The notes: generated by a model from the letters alone, not told the origin. 64,000 nucleotides of DNA from Octopus vulgaris (GCA_951406725.2 OX597836.1:36270001-36334000); one strand, 5' to 3'. Counted from the first letter of the stretch, positions 14,359-28,361 are shown. A program made the numbers and translations.

Positions 14359-15041
14359 TATCTTATTTCAAAGGTAAAACATCTTTGTCGCAATCTCTCA
14401 ATCTTCTGGAATTTTAGCAAGGAAAAATTAGATGTAACGTTTTAATAAGTGCGGACTTTCTACTTAAGTAGGATGGACAGATCTTTAACTCTCGTAATTT
14501 TGGGGGAAAATTAAAATTTGTGAAGAAATCCACTCGTAAAATAACGTCACAACTACTTACTCCTGAAAACGCCCGCGAATATTGAAAAGTTTACAATCAC
14601 GAATTAAATGTAGTGAACACAATAAATAAAAATGACAAGCAATTTAATTTTTCCAACGGATATTTGCTACTTACAAGTAGAAAAATAAATGAAAATTGTA
14701 TTGTGACAAAAATAAGAACCACATTTTGAGAGAATTCAAATAAAATTTACAATAACAACAAAACAGCCACGATGATACAAACGCCAGCGAATTATTGGAC
14801 AACCAGTGGAAAAAGATAAAGAAAGCAAATTATGGCAGATGGCAGTTTGTTGAGTTATATAAGCAAGTTATGTATTATCAAATACCTCTGTTCTATAAAA
14901 TTTAAAGAAATATATTGCGTATCGTCTCCGCCCTCTCCTCGTCTTATAACTTAGTTGTACATTTTCATATGTTTTTTTGCTACATCTTTGTAAAATGTCT
15001 ATTATTCGCATATACAAGTTAATTTTTGAAATATTATTATC

Positions 15042-15464
15042 AAGGTGGTGAGGAGGAAGAATCGTTAGTACGCCGGGCGAAATGCTTAGCAGTATTTCGT
15101 CTGCCGTTACGTTCTGAGTTCAAATTCCACCGAGGTCGACTTTGCCTTTCATCCTTCCGGGGTCGATTAAATAAGTACCTGTTACGCACTGGGGTCGATA
15201 TAATCGACTTAATCCGTTTGTCTGTCCTTGTTTGTCCTCTCTGTGTTTAGCCCCTTGTGGGTAGTAAAGAAATAGGTATTTCGTCTGCCGCTACGTTCTG
15301 AGTTCAAATTCCGCCGAAGTCGACTTTGCCTTTCATTCTTTCGGGGTCGATTAAATGCGTACCAGTTATGCACTGGGGTCGATGTAATCGACTTAATCCG
15401 TTTGTCTGTCCTTGTTTGTCCTCTCCGTTTTTAGCCCCTTGTAGGTAGTAAAGAAAAAGAAATA
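15042..15464 (+). mobile_element. SINE family B dimer
   Basis: Full monomer followed by a head-less monomer joined at gaaata-ggtatttcg, 184-bp period. Confidence 0.9.
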
Positions 15465-15544
15465 GGTGAGTTGGAAGAATCGTTAACAAGCATCACGACT
15501 CGTCTGAAAATTTCGGGCACCGAACTAACATAGAAAGAATATCG

Positions 15545-15787
15545 GTTTCAAATTTTAACACAATACCAGCAATTTTGCAGGGGGATGAGATACGTCGACT
15601 ACATTTACCCCATACCACCACCACCACCACCACCACAACTGTTTGACTGGTACTTATTTTGTATATAGCGAAATAATGAAAAAAAAACAAATTCGACCTC
15701 GGCGTCATTCGAACCCTAAACACGGAATAGATACTCACTAAGCATTTTACCCGGCGTGCTAACAATTCTGCCAGATCGTCGCCTCAA
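15545..15787 (-). mobile_element. SINE family B (diverged)
   Basis: Reverse complement of B head and core. Confidence 0.75.
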
Positions 15788-15964
15788 GATTCAAAAGAAT
15801 ATTAGAATTAGTTTTAAGGTGGCAAATCGGTAAATTTATTACAGGGGTTGCAAACATGCAGTAGTTTATCTGATTCCGTATCTTTGTTATCAGTTCGCTT
15901 TCGGCCCGCATTAATTTTGCTTTTCTCCTGTTGAGATTGGTAAGTTAGATTACCAATTAAGTAC

Positions 15965-16155
15965 CAGCAATTTTCTGGGAGAGCTTGAGTCGATTACATC
16001 GACCCGTTGTTAAATTGGTACTTATTTTATCAAACCCGGAAGGATGAAAGGCAAAGTCGACCTCGGCGCAATTTGAACTCAGAACGTAAAGACGGAAGAA
16101 ATACGGTTAAGTATTTCGCCCGGTATGCTAACGATTGCGCAAGCTCGCTGCCCTT
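15965..16155 (-). mobile_element. SINE family B (diverged)
   Basis: ggatgaaaggcaaagtcgacctcggcgcaatttgaactcagaacg. Confidence 0.8.
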
Positions 16156-16242
16156 ACACATATATTAGAAATAGCTGCTGCTCTCTTTATAATTGTTAAC
16201 ATTGCTTTTTAATCTTTGAGGAAAATGCGTTTAAATATTTTC

Positions 16243-16862
16243 GGTGTGGCTGTGCGGTAAGCAGGTTGCTTTCTAAACACATGATTTCGCGTTCATAACC
16301 TTGGAAAAAGGGTTTTCTACTATAACCCTGGCCAACCAAAGATTAACAGTAGATTTGGTAGATGGACACTGAAAGAGTCCTGCATATTTTTGTCGTGTGC
16401 GTGTGTCGCATTGTGTTTTGAATTGTGCCCCAACCCCACTTTTACAATCTGCGTTGATTTATTGACGCCCCAACCCCTAATTTAGCGGTTCGGCGAAAAA
16501 GAAACCAACAGAAAAAAAGGCGGCGAGCTGGCAGAAACGTTAGCACGCTGGACGAAATGCTTAGCGGCATTCTTAGCGGAGTTCGAAATCCGCCGAGGTC
16601 AACTTTACCTTTCATCCTTTTGGGATCGATAAATTAAGTACCAGTTACGCACTGGAGTCGATGTAATCTACTTAATCCCTTTGTTTGTCCTCTCTACGTT
16701 TAACCTCTTGTGGGCAATAAAGAAATAACAAAGAAACCAACAGAACAGAAGAGAACCAAACCTAAAATATAAGCACTGAGGTGGGGGTGGGGTGATTTGT
16801 TCGACTAATCCTTCATGGCGTTGTCCCTATCTTGGACGCGGTCCAATGAATGCAGCAAGTAT
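16243..16862 (+). mobile_element. Old SINE family A copy interrupted by SINE B
   Basis: Degenerate A head and body to about 16513, resuming after 16730. Confidence 0.65.
16517..16728 (+). mobile_element. SINE family B with 16-bp TSD
   Basis: TSD aaagaaaccaacagaa at 16498-16513 and 16730-16745. Confidence 0.9.
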
Positions 16863-17803
16863 AAGCGAAAAGGTATTAAAAACCAGAAATGGTTATCGCT
16901 TCTTGTTCCTATTCCTAACAATGCTGTTACATTTATGAAGAGAATATTATTAGTCAGAATTGAATCTAACTTTTGTCTCTATAGTGATTATTACTAATGT
17001 ATGTACGTACGAAATTTCGGATAAGTAATTTACCTGAAGATAATACGATATATGTTGAAAGAATTATATAGAAATATAGGAAACTAAACGGTGTAAGAGG
17101 TCACTTTCAGAATGCTTAATTGTTTCACCTACATAATTCCAATTCCTGTTTGTCTAGATTTAATAATTCCTGACATTTTCATGGTATGTGACGCTAACGT
17201 TGTTATGAAAATTGAGAAACCGCTTCCCCCGTCGAAAATTACATCTTCATTGATGTTTCAGACATTTATAACAAATCAGTTTGGATGTAACGCGGTATTT
17301 GATGAAAGTATAAATTTATCAGAGAGAACGCAACGCAACTTGCGTAATTACGTGGTTGTATATTATATTTTGCTATGGCATGGTATCTTCAGAATGTAGC
17401 CTGTAGTAATTGCGGATTAATGGAGGCAGTGAGAACGCAGCGCCTAAGATACGCATTTCTTAATCATGTACCAACATATTCTTTTATATCTGTGCGGCAA
17501 TACAATTTAATGGAAAAAAAAAAAAAAAGAATTTATTCTCGCATCAGCTTGACAAATAATAATACCCTGTGAAAAATATTTGGCAGATAAAAACTGCCAT
17601 ATGTATGTATGTATGTATATAGCTAACGAAATTATTTTATTTATTACACATGGAAAGAAATATTGGAAAAACCAGAAGTTAAAAATGCACTGAGAATATT
17701 TCATATATGTTTTTATTACATGTAAAGATTCACGAGTTTCCCATTTTACACCGATTTTCAAAAGTTAAAATAGAAAGACGTAGCTTATATCGCAGCTATC
17801 TTG

Positions 17804-17902
17804 CTTTTGCCGAACCGCTAAGTTACGCGTACGTAAACAAACCAGCATCGGTTATCAAGCGATGTCTGGGGGACAAACACAGAGGCACAATTATATACTC
17901 AC

Positions 17903-17950
<48 letters not shown>

Positions 17951-18114
17951 GACAGGCTTCTTTCAGTTTCCGTCTACCAAATACACTCACAAGGCTTTGA
18001 TCGACCCGAGGCTATAGTTGAAGACACTTGCCCAAGATGCCACGCAGTGGGACTGAACCCAGAGCCATGTGGTTCGTTAGCAAGTCACTTACCACACAGC
18101 CATTTCTACGCCTA
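17804..18114 (-). mobile_element. SINE family A (3' truncated)
   Basis: Matches family A in reverse. Confidence 0.9.
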
Positions 18115-19218
18115 CATATATATGTGTGTGTTCGTGCATGTGTATTTATATGTGTTTCTGTGTGTGTGTGTGTATGTATGATGTATGTATGCGTGTGTAT
18201 ATATGTATGTATGCAATGTATGTATGTATAAATAAACATATATGTATAAATGCATGCATACAAATACGTACATATACACGCACACTCGCACACACATTAT
18301 GTTGTATGCGTGTGTATGGCTGTAGAGGTGTACGGCGATGCAAACTGGTGTATGGAAATGCGATCTTTATGCTATATTCCAGAAGTTTAGCCATTCGATT
18401 AAAAAAGATCGATACATATGAACGAGACTGAAATGAGATCAGTCGCCGACATGATTGACTAAGCCATTTGAAAGCGGGTGTAGTTCCATGGAATCGTATC
18501 TGTTACTGAAAACAGTCAAAGAATATCAGAATAGAAACATGAAATCCAGAAATAACATAAGTAAAGAAAAAAATGTTGCTGACGAAGCTTTTTAATATTG
18601 CTGTTGGTAAGAATATATGCGCACGTGTGTGTGTGCGTGTGTTCGTGTTTGTGCGCGCGTGTGTGTATGAGTGTGTTTGTTTGGGTGGAAAGTGCTCGTG
18701 CTTTTGGATGTGTGTATGTGTGTATCTTTATGCATGTATGTATGTCTATATGTATGTAAATACATATTCATACGCACATACACTCATGTATACCATACAT
18801 ACATGTGTGAGTGTATTTCTGTGTGAGTCTGTGTTGTGCATACGCGTGTGTCTACTCTGTATCTCTTCCCACACACACAGACACCTCCACACGATGGAAG
18901 TTCTGAAAATATTGCAAAAGGTAAAAATGGACATTCATTTATGATTAAGAGACACAAGCCGTTGACATTGCACATAGCGGTAGAGTATTTCATCCTCTAC
19001 AGGAATTCTTCCTCTTTTTCTTCAATGGAAGAATACGCTTGACTTGAACCAGAAGCAACTTCTCTTTATTGAAGTGTCGTTCTTGCAGGTGTACAGGATT
19101 TTATTTTCAGTGTCCTCAGAATCCTACAGGCTGTTCACAGAAATGATATTAAACTTGTAAAGAAGAGTACAAGTTCTCAGATAAATATAAAAATAATTAA
19201 CGATATGGCGAGGGATTA

Positions 19219-19269
<51 letters not shown>

Positions 19270-19400
19270 AGTCTGTTATCAGCATATTGACATAGAAATA
19301 ATTTTCTTTTGCCCTTGTTTATAATTTTAACCTTTAAAGGTATTTTAATATGCTGCCACTTTTTGATGAAATTTTTTTCTGTAAAAAAATTCATCCTATA

Positions 19401-19498
<98 letters not shown>

Positions 19499-19689
19499 TG
19501 TGCGTGCGAGTGTGTGTATGTATGTATGTATATATGTATATATTTGTATATATGTACATTAAACTTATAGACAAGTGTAAATTTCTCAGATAAATATAAG
19601 ACTTAACAAGTATTTATGACAACCTAGCAATGGAAGAACACCAACTACAACTTCTGACATAATTTCAATCGAGTGGACGAACTGATTGT

Positions 19690-20270
19690 AGTCACAAGGC
19701 TTTGCAAAATATATTAGATTTTCGTTTTCGAAACTCTCTGCAAGGCAGGTATCTTGTCAATCCAACTGGAAGAAGAGAAATGTAGAAGTCCTATCTGATC
19801 TGCCGGAATCATTTAAAAATATTCAACTCAGTTTTCTTTTAACAACCGAGTGTGATACTTGGGTGTACATTTATGATCCGAAATGGAAAGCTCAGTCTGT
19901 TAAATCCGGAAACAAAGGCCTACGTATTTCCCAAGGCAGAAAATGTTTAATCGCCAGTAATCAGCACAGAAATTTATGTTAACTTTATTGGGGTTGGCAA
20001 GAGCGCTACTCTCCATAGTTTTCCCAAGTGTGATTCTACCGTGAAAAGCAAGCGATACATTGAGAGATTAAATCGTCTCACAGCTCTGTAGAGCGACAGA
20101 AACTGAACAATAATTTGAAAATGAGCCATGCCTCATCATGATAACGTGTGATAATAAAAGTCTGTGTTAGCAAATGGAGCTAGTGGATCTCCAGTCATAC
20201 TGCAATGGAGGCTGTGCTAAGTCATACCATTATATAGTGTGAGAGTTACTCTCCCAATATGTCTGAAGTG
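19690..20270 (+). pseudogene. Decayed mariner transposase
   Basis: TTECDTWVYIYDPKWKAQS (like VTGDETWVYHYDPETKRQS), SAQKFMLT (like SAGKVMLT), PHHDNV (like HHDNA); stops and frameshifts. Confidence 0.65.
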
Positions 20271-20513
20271 AACGGCCGATTTCTTTGCACAAACCCCCGA
20301 AAAGAAAACTGTCCCCGCTTTTGTATTAATTTTGGAACATCACGCACGTGTGTAAGAATGTGCACGCGTGTATTTGTATGTGTGTGTGTATGTGTCGCAA
20401 ATGTGCCAGAACGTATATTACTGGTACTAGATAGCAGAGGGTGAACTCTGAAGGTGGAAAAAGCTTTATGCTGTACTCTGCTACGTTCTTAGCAGAACAC
20501 ACCGTAACTATAT

Positions 20514-20600
20514 ATACAATATTACCTCGAATATCGCGGGTGTTACTTTCTAAAACCTCCCGCGATAGGTGAAAATCCGCGAAGTAGAATCACTACCGTA

Positions 20601-20605
<5 letters not shown>
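20514..20605 (+). mobile_element. Tigger/pogo-like MITE fragment
   Basis: TA-caatattacctcgaatatcgcggg...cccgcgataggtgaaaatccgcg...ctg-TA; a related right end gagggattactg-TA lies at about 19212-19225. Confidence 0.5.
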
Positions 20606-20663
<58 letters not shown>

Positions 20664-20699
20664 TATACATATATATATACGTTCACGTACGCACACATG

Positions 20700-20811
<112 letters not shown>

Positions 20812-20881
20812 TATATAGCACAAAACGGCAGTGCATCAGCATGGCCGCAGCTCTGAGCTGAAACTTTTAACAAAATATAAA

Positions 20882-20915
<34 letters not shown>

Positions 20916-21224
20916 GTATGCATCTATTCATTGATATACCAACTAACACAGGAAAACATATTTCGTAATAGAATGCACATGTCTGTGTGAGGCCAAAACG
21001 ACGCAGTTTCTTTATAGTCTGATTACGTCAGAGCTGGCATGTAGAAATAATCCGCTGGCAAGCAGATGGCCGGAGGCTCGGAAATTGGGAATTTAAAGAA
21101 AAAAGTACGGAGATGTGTTTAAATTTCAAAATAATTAAGCAATTACGTTTCCTCCCACACTAAAACACAACTATGCACACACATAGAGATAATCATGTTC
21201 GCACGCCTCTCTTTCTGTCTCTCT

Positions 21225-21622
<398 letters not shown>

Positions 21623-21719
21623 TGATTTTTTTTATTATTTTCTCCCATCTGTTTCATTGTTATATTTTAAATTCCTTGATCACTGCGGAGTATAATGTGA
21701 TTTAAGTAATTGCCGGTGA

Positions 21720-21737
21720 CAGTTGCTATGGCAACTG
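21720..21737. promoter_or_regulatory. Candidate RFX X-box
   Basis: ca-GTTGCTATGGCAAC-tg, an 18-bp near-perfect palindrome closely matching the X-box (GTTGCCATGGCAAC type), in unique sequence. Confidence 0.4.
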
Positions 21738-21996
21738 CAAGCATGGGTGTTAATTGCTTTGTTACTGTCAGAATGATACCATTCAATGTTCATGCTAACG
21801 TCTCTTATGATGGTTTATATCATTCGTTATTTAATTGATAATCGCGATTCGATTTTTCGACTTTGTTGCCTTTGTCGTGCTCGTTAGCGTTGGTGGTAGT
21901 TTGATACTAACAGAACATCAGCGTTGTTGGTGATAGCAACAATGTATGATGATGTATATATATATGCTAGCCGTGATCTAAATACTGCCTATCTAT

Positions 21997-22184
21997 ATTC
22001 TTTTACTTGTTTCAGTCATTTGACTGCGGCCATGCCGGAGCACCGCCTTTAGTCGAGCAAATCGACCCCGGGACACACTCTTTGTAAGCCTAGTACTTAT
22101 TCTATCGGTCTTTTTTGCTGAACCGCTAGGTTACGGTGACGTAAATACACCAGCATCGACTGTCAAGTAATGTTGGTGGGACAA

Positions 22185-22233
<49 letters not shown>

Positions 22234-22399
22234 CACGATGGGTGTCTTTCAGTTTCTATCTACCAGATCCACTCACAAGGGTTTGGTGGGCCCAAGGCTA
22301 TAGTAGAGAACACTTGCCCAAGGTGCCACGCAGGGAGACTGAACCCGGAACCATGTGGTTGGTAAGCAAGCTACTTACCCTACAGCCACTCCAGCGCCT
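21997..22399 (-). mobile_element. SINE family A
   Basis: Full-length reverse copy. Confidence 0.9.
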
Positions 22400-22644
22400 G
22401 GATTTTGTATTTTTTCATAGCTGTTCTTTTTGCTAGTGAGTCGCAGCTCAACTCCAATCTGCTAGACCGATGGTCGAAATGAAGTTCCGTCTATGACAAT
22501 TGGCAATATCGGTTTTGTGAATTTGATTCAAAGAGCATCTTGCGTTTTCAATGTAACGTTTCTTTACTTAAGAAAGTGGATATTTACACGAGTTCGATCT
22601 CGCTGTTATTTCTCACCGGTCGATACGCATTTTATATTTACCTT

Positions 22645-22830
22645 AGATTTTGGCACAAGGCCAGGAATTTCGGGGTGGGGGTGGTAGTGGATTATATAAC
22701 CCTCAGTGTTCAATCGGATCTTACTTTATGGAACCCGAAAGGATAAAAGGCATTTGAACACAAAGCGTAAAGTCGGAATAAATTCTGTCAAGCATTCTTC
22801 CCAGCGCGGCAACGATCGTGACAGCTCACC
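22645..22830 (-). mobile_element. SINE family B (old)
   Basis: Degenerate acccgaaaggataaaagg...agcattcttcccagcgcggcaacgat...cagctcacc. Confidence 0.55.
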
Positions 22831-23386
22831 ATGTTACGATACGCCTTTGATATTGTTATTGTTAATGTTCTTGATTGGCTTCAGGTCAGCTGTTACTGAG
22901 ACAGAACTATAATCAGATCCGTTCCCACCAGGGTGAACCCATCTTTCGTTCCGATATTATAAATCTAACAGAATATAATTATATTGTTCTGTGGTTTTAA
23001 TGATGTATATTATGAATCAACGCTAAATTTGACTGCTATATAAAGCAAGTCAAGAAACCACACAGGTGCTTCCTAGTTAGCTGCTAATATAAAGCAGACT
23101 TAATCTTAACGAGACATTCAAACAAAGTAAGAAGTTTAAATAACCTTCCACATTACTATATAGATTTTCCCCATTTGTCTTAACACATCACATGGTTGAG
23201 AACTTGAAAAATATTGACATTTGTCTTGTAAAACGCAAATATTATTTCAACATGTGCTGTGATCGTAATCGATTTAATAGAGCACAAACGCTAATTCGAT
23301 CCAGAATTAAGACGGTAGGGATTATAATTCACCACTTAAATTAATCCAGTGAACAACGGTCTTACAACTTGAATTTTAGAAATAAA

Positions 23387-23446
<60 letters not shown>

Positions 23447-23477
23447 TGGATGCAGGTACACATATGTATATGTATGC

Positions 23478-23751
23478 ACACAGATGTACATGTCTTTTTG
23501 CGTGAGAATATTTTGTGTAAAATATAAGTATTAAGTAAAAGTATTATCTGGGAACAGTGTTTAAACAACACCACCTTGTCATGATTATATATATATATAT
23601 ATACATATATAGATGCATGGACACACACGTATATGCATACACAGAGATTTACATGTCATTGTACGTGAGAATATTTTATGTGTAAAATATAAGTATTAAG
23701 TAAAAGTATTATCTGAGAAAAATGTTTAAACACCACCACCTTGTCATGATT
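23478..23751 (+). repeat. About 110-bp direct duplication separated by microsatellite
   Basis: gtgagaatatttt...aagtattaagtaaaagtattatctg...caccaccttgtcatgatt occurs twice. Confidence 0.85.
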
Positions 23752-24048
23752 GCAACTGTGTGGAGTTTATGACATTTATAATAATAATATAATAATAATG
23801 TCACCAGAACAAGAAATGAAATGAGAAGCTTCAGTTTGATGCAACTGTTTTCGCACAAGTCGTTCACAGGGGTTTTTAAACGGAACAAAATAACGATAAT
23901 TGTTTCTTTGAAAATTTCATATCATGTCACAAAATATTCAGACAGTGGATATATCAATAACAACAACAACAACAACAACAACAATAATAATAATAATATT
24001 AATAATAATAATAATAATAATAATGATAATAATGATAATAATAATAAT

Positions 24049-24490
24049 GCCATGATGCAGTACCAGGCAGTGGTTCTCGTGGCTTTTGATCTTAAGGGAT
24101 ACGAAATGTTGTGATGTACATTGTTTTCTCTTGGTATATAAAAGATGGGCTGCAGCAAATATTCTACTCAATACCACAGATTTGCTTGTCAGTTGTTTGA
24201 CCTTAACCAGTTGAGCATGTCCCTTAGTGGCTGACGATATGTGCATCTCTGATCACAAGCAAAGTAGTGGGGAAGCATCATAGCCGTGTGTTGAGAGGGA
24301 TTCTTTGAGGTTTGAATAATTCAACACAAGAAACATGGGTGATTCGTTCAACATCCTTAAACAAACCTTATTCAGGGACCTTTTGAGTGGAATGGGTTAC
24401 TCGACCGAAAGAAAATTCTAACTGGGCCCCACCTGCAATGTCATATGCTGTTTATCTTGATATGAGATCACCATGTCACGCACGTATTGT
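24049..24490 (+). mobile_element. Family E (TAA)n-associated non-coding element, truncated
   Basis: Colinear with 47339-47892; starts right after (AAT)n; orientation is arbitrary. Confidence 0.85.
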
Positions 24491-24778
24491 TATAGACACA
24501 TACATAGATACATAAATAGATATAAAAAAGGTCGATATGTTATAAGATAAAAAATCGTACATACGATAAAATCTCATACATATATTTAAATACGCAGGCA
24601 AAATAGAAAACATTAATATAATAAAAGACATAGCGAATTCTTAATTCACACGATGAGATACAAGGGAATAAAAAAATTCACAAGTTACAACACTGAGTTC
24701 AGTGGAAAGTTTGAAATTAGAAAACATTAAATGAACATACTAATATACGAAGATAATGTTCAATGGATCCAAAAGCTT

Positions 24779-24864
24779 CATCGACGGGCCGTTTCGGAGT
24801 CGTGTCTGATAATATGACATAAATTTCATATTTTAGGGAACCAGACGTTCCCCTCATCAGGATG
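24779..24864 (-). ncRNA. Type I hammerhead ribozyme with intact core
   Basis: Minus: catc-CTGATGA-gggg..gtctg..(aatatga/tcatatt hairpin)..cagac..ctcc-GAAA-C-ggccc-GTC-gatg; stems I, II and III all pair; GUC cleavage triplet. Confidence 0.7.
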
Positions 24865-25001
24865 CTCCACAATACGAAAGACATAATGAAAACAACACGG
24901 AAAAGGACAACTTACATCAATATATTCTAGCCATTGCAGAATGTAAGGATGTAAGTGCTATACTTCATATATACATACATTACACACACACACACACACA
25001 C

Positions 25002-25051
<50 letters not shown>

Positions 25052-25787
25052 TGGACCCCTTGTATGCTAAAGATGCATGTCAAACCGTCCTACGACGAAA
25101 TCTGTGTTCTCAAATTAGCAAGATGCTAAACGAATGGAAAAGCGAATGAGTGAGGGAGATTGAAAGTGATGTCAATAGCTGTGTTTAAAATTTCAAATTC
25201 CTCGCGATGAAAGCACGAGGCTTCTTCAAAACACAGACTCTGATTCAATTGTGAAGAACAGAATGAAGTTGTTTTGATTATCAGTTGAGACCTACACGAA
25301 GAATTACAAATCAATCCGGATTGCCAGGTCATTAATATCAAAACTATAATGAAGGTATCGTAGTTCAACATGGACGGCCATAATGGCCTTATGATATCTT
25401 CATTATGTTAATTGCGACGATGTATATCAGTTCTGATAACCGCAGGCTTGATAAATTTCTTCAAAATTTTCTTCGTGCATCAGCTTTTACTCTTATCAGT
25501 ATGTGTTTCATGAACATTGTTTCAAATACCAGTAATGAAGTTTAATTTTATTCCATACTTTCTGATATGTAGCCCGAGAGATTAAGCTACAGTAAATTCA
25601 AAGCTGAGGAAGAAGATAAATTTCATTACTAAGTCTTCAATAGTTGATCCGGTCAATTTTCACACATGCCATAGAGTAGCTTTAGAAATGTTTTGCCGTA
25701 TCAACGCTCAACGGGATTCTATCGTGCGAGTGCATTTTTTAAATGATAATAGAATCTAAACATTCTTCAACATTATTAAAGAAAATG

Positions 25788-26683
25788 TACTGTGTCATCC
25801 CATAATTAACGCAGTTTTTTTAATGCTTCTTTTATTTTTCTAAATTATGATAAGATTAACATTAATGTAAAAAATAAATAACGCTGAAGCAAAGTAACAC
25901 CAAATATATAGTGCGTGTGTTTTTATTGGCTAAACTGGCAAAATGACCGTTCCTAAATACAACAATATATTCTCCTTCTTTCCCTACAATGCTCATTCCA
26001 TCTGTCTGGTAGACATGCAAGACCCCTCTTCCAAAATTCACTTGTCCGTGAATATGGTGTGTGGGGTATCATTTCACATTCAAACAGCTACAACCTTTGG
26101 AATGTCATCCTCGTTGTATGTGACCGAGTATTATCCCGGTGGTAGAACACCTTTCGTCATGAAACGAAGGATGGTCATTTTCCTTCTAGCTTGGATGACT
26201 GATTGAATGATTAAATCCAAGCTTCACTGCTAAATCCTCAACATTTACGTTGGGATTTTGTTCCACCAGGGTTTGCAGGACATCCTCGTCGTGCTCGATA
26301 AATCTTCCACAATGAGGTTAATGTTCTAGGCTTGTCTTCGAGACTCGTTTTCTAGGTTCGGATTTTCCGGTCCGGAACCACTGTTGACACTGGCTTACAC
26401 TTATTTTCTGATCCCCATATACTGCTTTAATATTCCTCGTACGAAGCGTTGCATTGTGGCCTTTATTGAACTCAAAGCAAAATATGTGGAAAATGCTCTT
26501 TAGTCATGAGAGCTTTGAAAATATAATAGGTAAAATCGAACTGCACTCTTCAAACCTTGCACTAAGAAAGTAAAATTACTACCAGATTTTATAGCAAGTT
26601 GATGTAGGTAGTTTATACCGGCCCCTTCCGGCTTTTAGTTCATGTAATTGAATAAACCGCATTATTTATGGGATGACCCAATA
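25788..26683 (-). mobile_element. Internally deleted mariner transposon with TIRs and TA TSD
   Basis: TIRs TA-ctgtgtcatcccataattaacgcagttt and aaaccgcattatttatgggatgacccaa-TA; minus-strand EFNKGHNAT..NIKAVYGD..SQCQQWF, FYHRDNTRSHT and FWKRGLACLPDRW. Confidence 0.9.
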
Positions 26684-26699
26684 ATTCATGACTTCTCTG

Positions 26700-27236
26700 T
26701 TCAGCCGACACAATACAAGTTGCATAAATCAAATTGTTTTCAAGATCAATTGTCAAGAAGAATCAATTCGCCGAATTTGCCTTTGTTGGAGAAGATGACA
26801 ACGGCTTGCAAGCCTAGATCGTATATCACGGAAGTTTTAATTGACGTACAGTTCCCTACACACTTGATTACGAAGTTTAAGTTCTGGAATTCAGAAATGT
26901 TCGTTAAATGTATGCCCAAATAAAACAACGAGGGATTTGAGGCTAGAATATTTGCTCTGAGCAATCAAATCAGCCGTGATGAATAGACCCAAATCTTCAG
27001 AGGTGCCGAGGTTTCAGCCAATCTTATTCGTGAAAGGTACGCCCACAGTTAAACAACATTAAAATTTGGAAACATTTACAGCAATGCTACATTCTCAGTA
27101 GCGACGCTTCACGGATGTTCACCGTACTTTTTGTATTGGAGTCAACGTAGTCCATCTTTCTAAATTCTGTTAAATTTCTCACGGATGTGTTGGTCCTCCA
27201 AAGTCATCTTGTATAATTCGACATACCTTCTTTGGC
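26700..27236 (-). pseudogene. Very decayed Tc1/mariner-superfamily transposase
   Basis: VSQRRYVELY..GEHP*SVATENV and RLI*LLRANI..LFYLG loosely resemble Tc1-like N-terminal and WPPRSPDL..DFYLWG regions. Confidence 0.4.
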
Positions 27237-27654
27237 TTACTTTACTTTACTTTTACTTGTTACAGTCATTTGACTGCGGCCATGCTGGAGCACCGCCTTT
27301 AGTCGGGCACATCGACCCCGGGAAATATTCTTTGTAAGCCCAGTACTTATTCTATCGGTCTCTTTTTGCCGAACCGCTAAGTGACGGGGACGTAAACACA
27401 CCAGCATCGGTTGTCAAGCAATTCTAGGGGGACAAACACAGACACACAAACACACACACATACATATATATATACATATATATACATACGACAGGCTTCT
27501 TTCAGTTTCCGTCTACCAAATCCACTCACAAGGCTTTGGTCGGCCCGAGGCTATAGTAGTAGACATTTGCCCAAGATGCCACGCAGTGGGACTGAACCTG
27601 GAACCATGTAGTTCATAAGCAAGCTACTTACCACACAGCCACTCCTGCGCCTAT
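27237..27654 (-). mobile_element. SINE family A
   Basis: Full-length reverse copy, close to other young copies. Confidence 0.92.
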
Positions 27655-28081
27655 AATGGCTGTATATTTCATTTAGAAATTTCGGCCTATAGACCAGAAA
27701 ATACGGTATTCAAAACAATAAAACATTTGAAAATTGCCATAAATAATCACAGGATTTCCTGGGATGAAGAAATCTTGATTTATGCTATAAATATAAGGTA
27801 GTTCACTTATACTGTACTCAACGTATCTTAGAAGGAGGAAATGCTATTTTGACATCGACGTGATTTAAAACCAAAATTTAAAAACACCATAAATGTCAAA
27901 GGATATTTTCCCAATCATTCAATAATTCAGCGAATAAATCCAGTATTGGTAAAATAAAGTGATCTACTGGGGCAAAAGTTATTCTGAGTTCGAGCCCACA
28001 ACGGATCATCTTGTAATAGGATGGTCATAGAAGGACGAAATATTCTTTACCCTAAAAGGTGTACTGCGCAATTATTTGTCA

Positions 28082-28361
28082 TATCACGTGACCGACCAGA
28101 CCATCAGATGTTGTTACACATCGCTGGTCACAATGCGTTCGCATTCTTTTAGCCTTCGAATAAGCGAGCAGGCCAACAGAAGAAAGAGTTGGAGAAAGAG
28201 TGGTGAATGAGTACAGCAGGGATCACCACCCCCTGCCGGAGCCTCGTAGAGCTTTAGTTGTTTTCGCTCAATAAACACTCACACCGCCCGGTCTGGGAAT
28301 CGAAACCGCAATCCTACGACCGCGAGTCCGCTGCCCTAAACACTGTCCATTGCGCCTCCAC
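28082..28361 (-). mobile_element. SINE family C, tail type 1
   Basis: C head plus type 1 tail. Confidence 0.9.

Noticed and set aside
17158-17183. Possible 26-nt micro-exon (ctag...gtatgt)
   Set aside because: Splice-like motifs alone are common; no coding or conservation support
19095-19126. Minus-strand aggatt-CTGAGGA-cact-GAAA-ataa-aatcct hammerhead-like motif
   Set aside because: Stem II cannot form from 4 nt; probably chance
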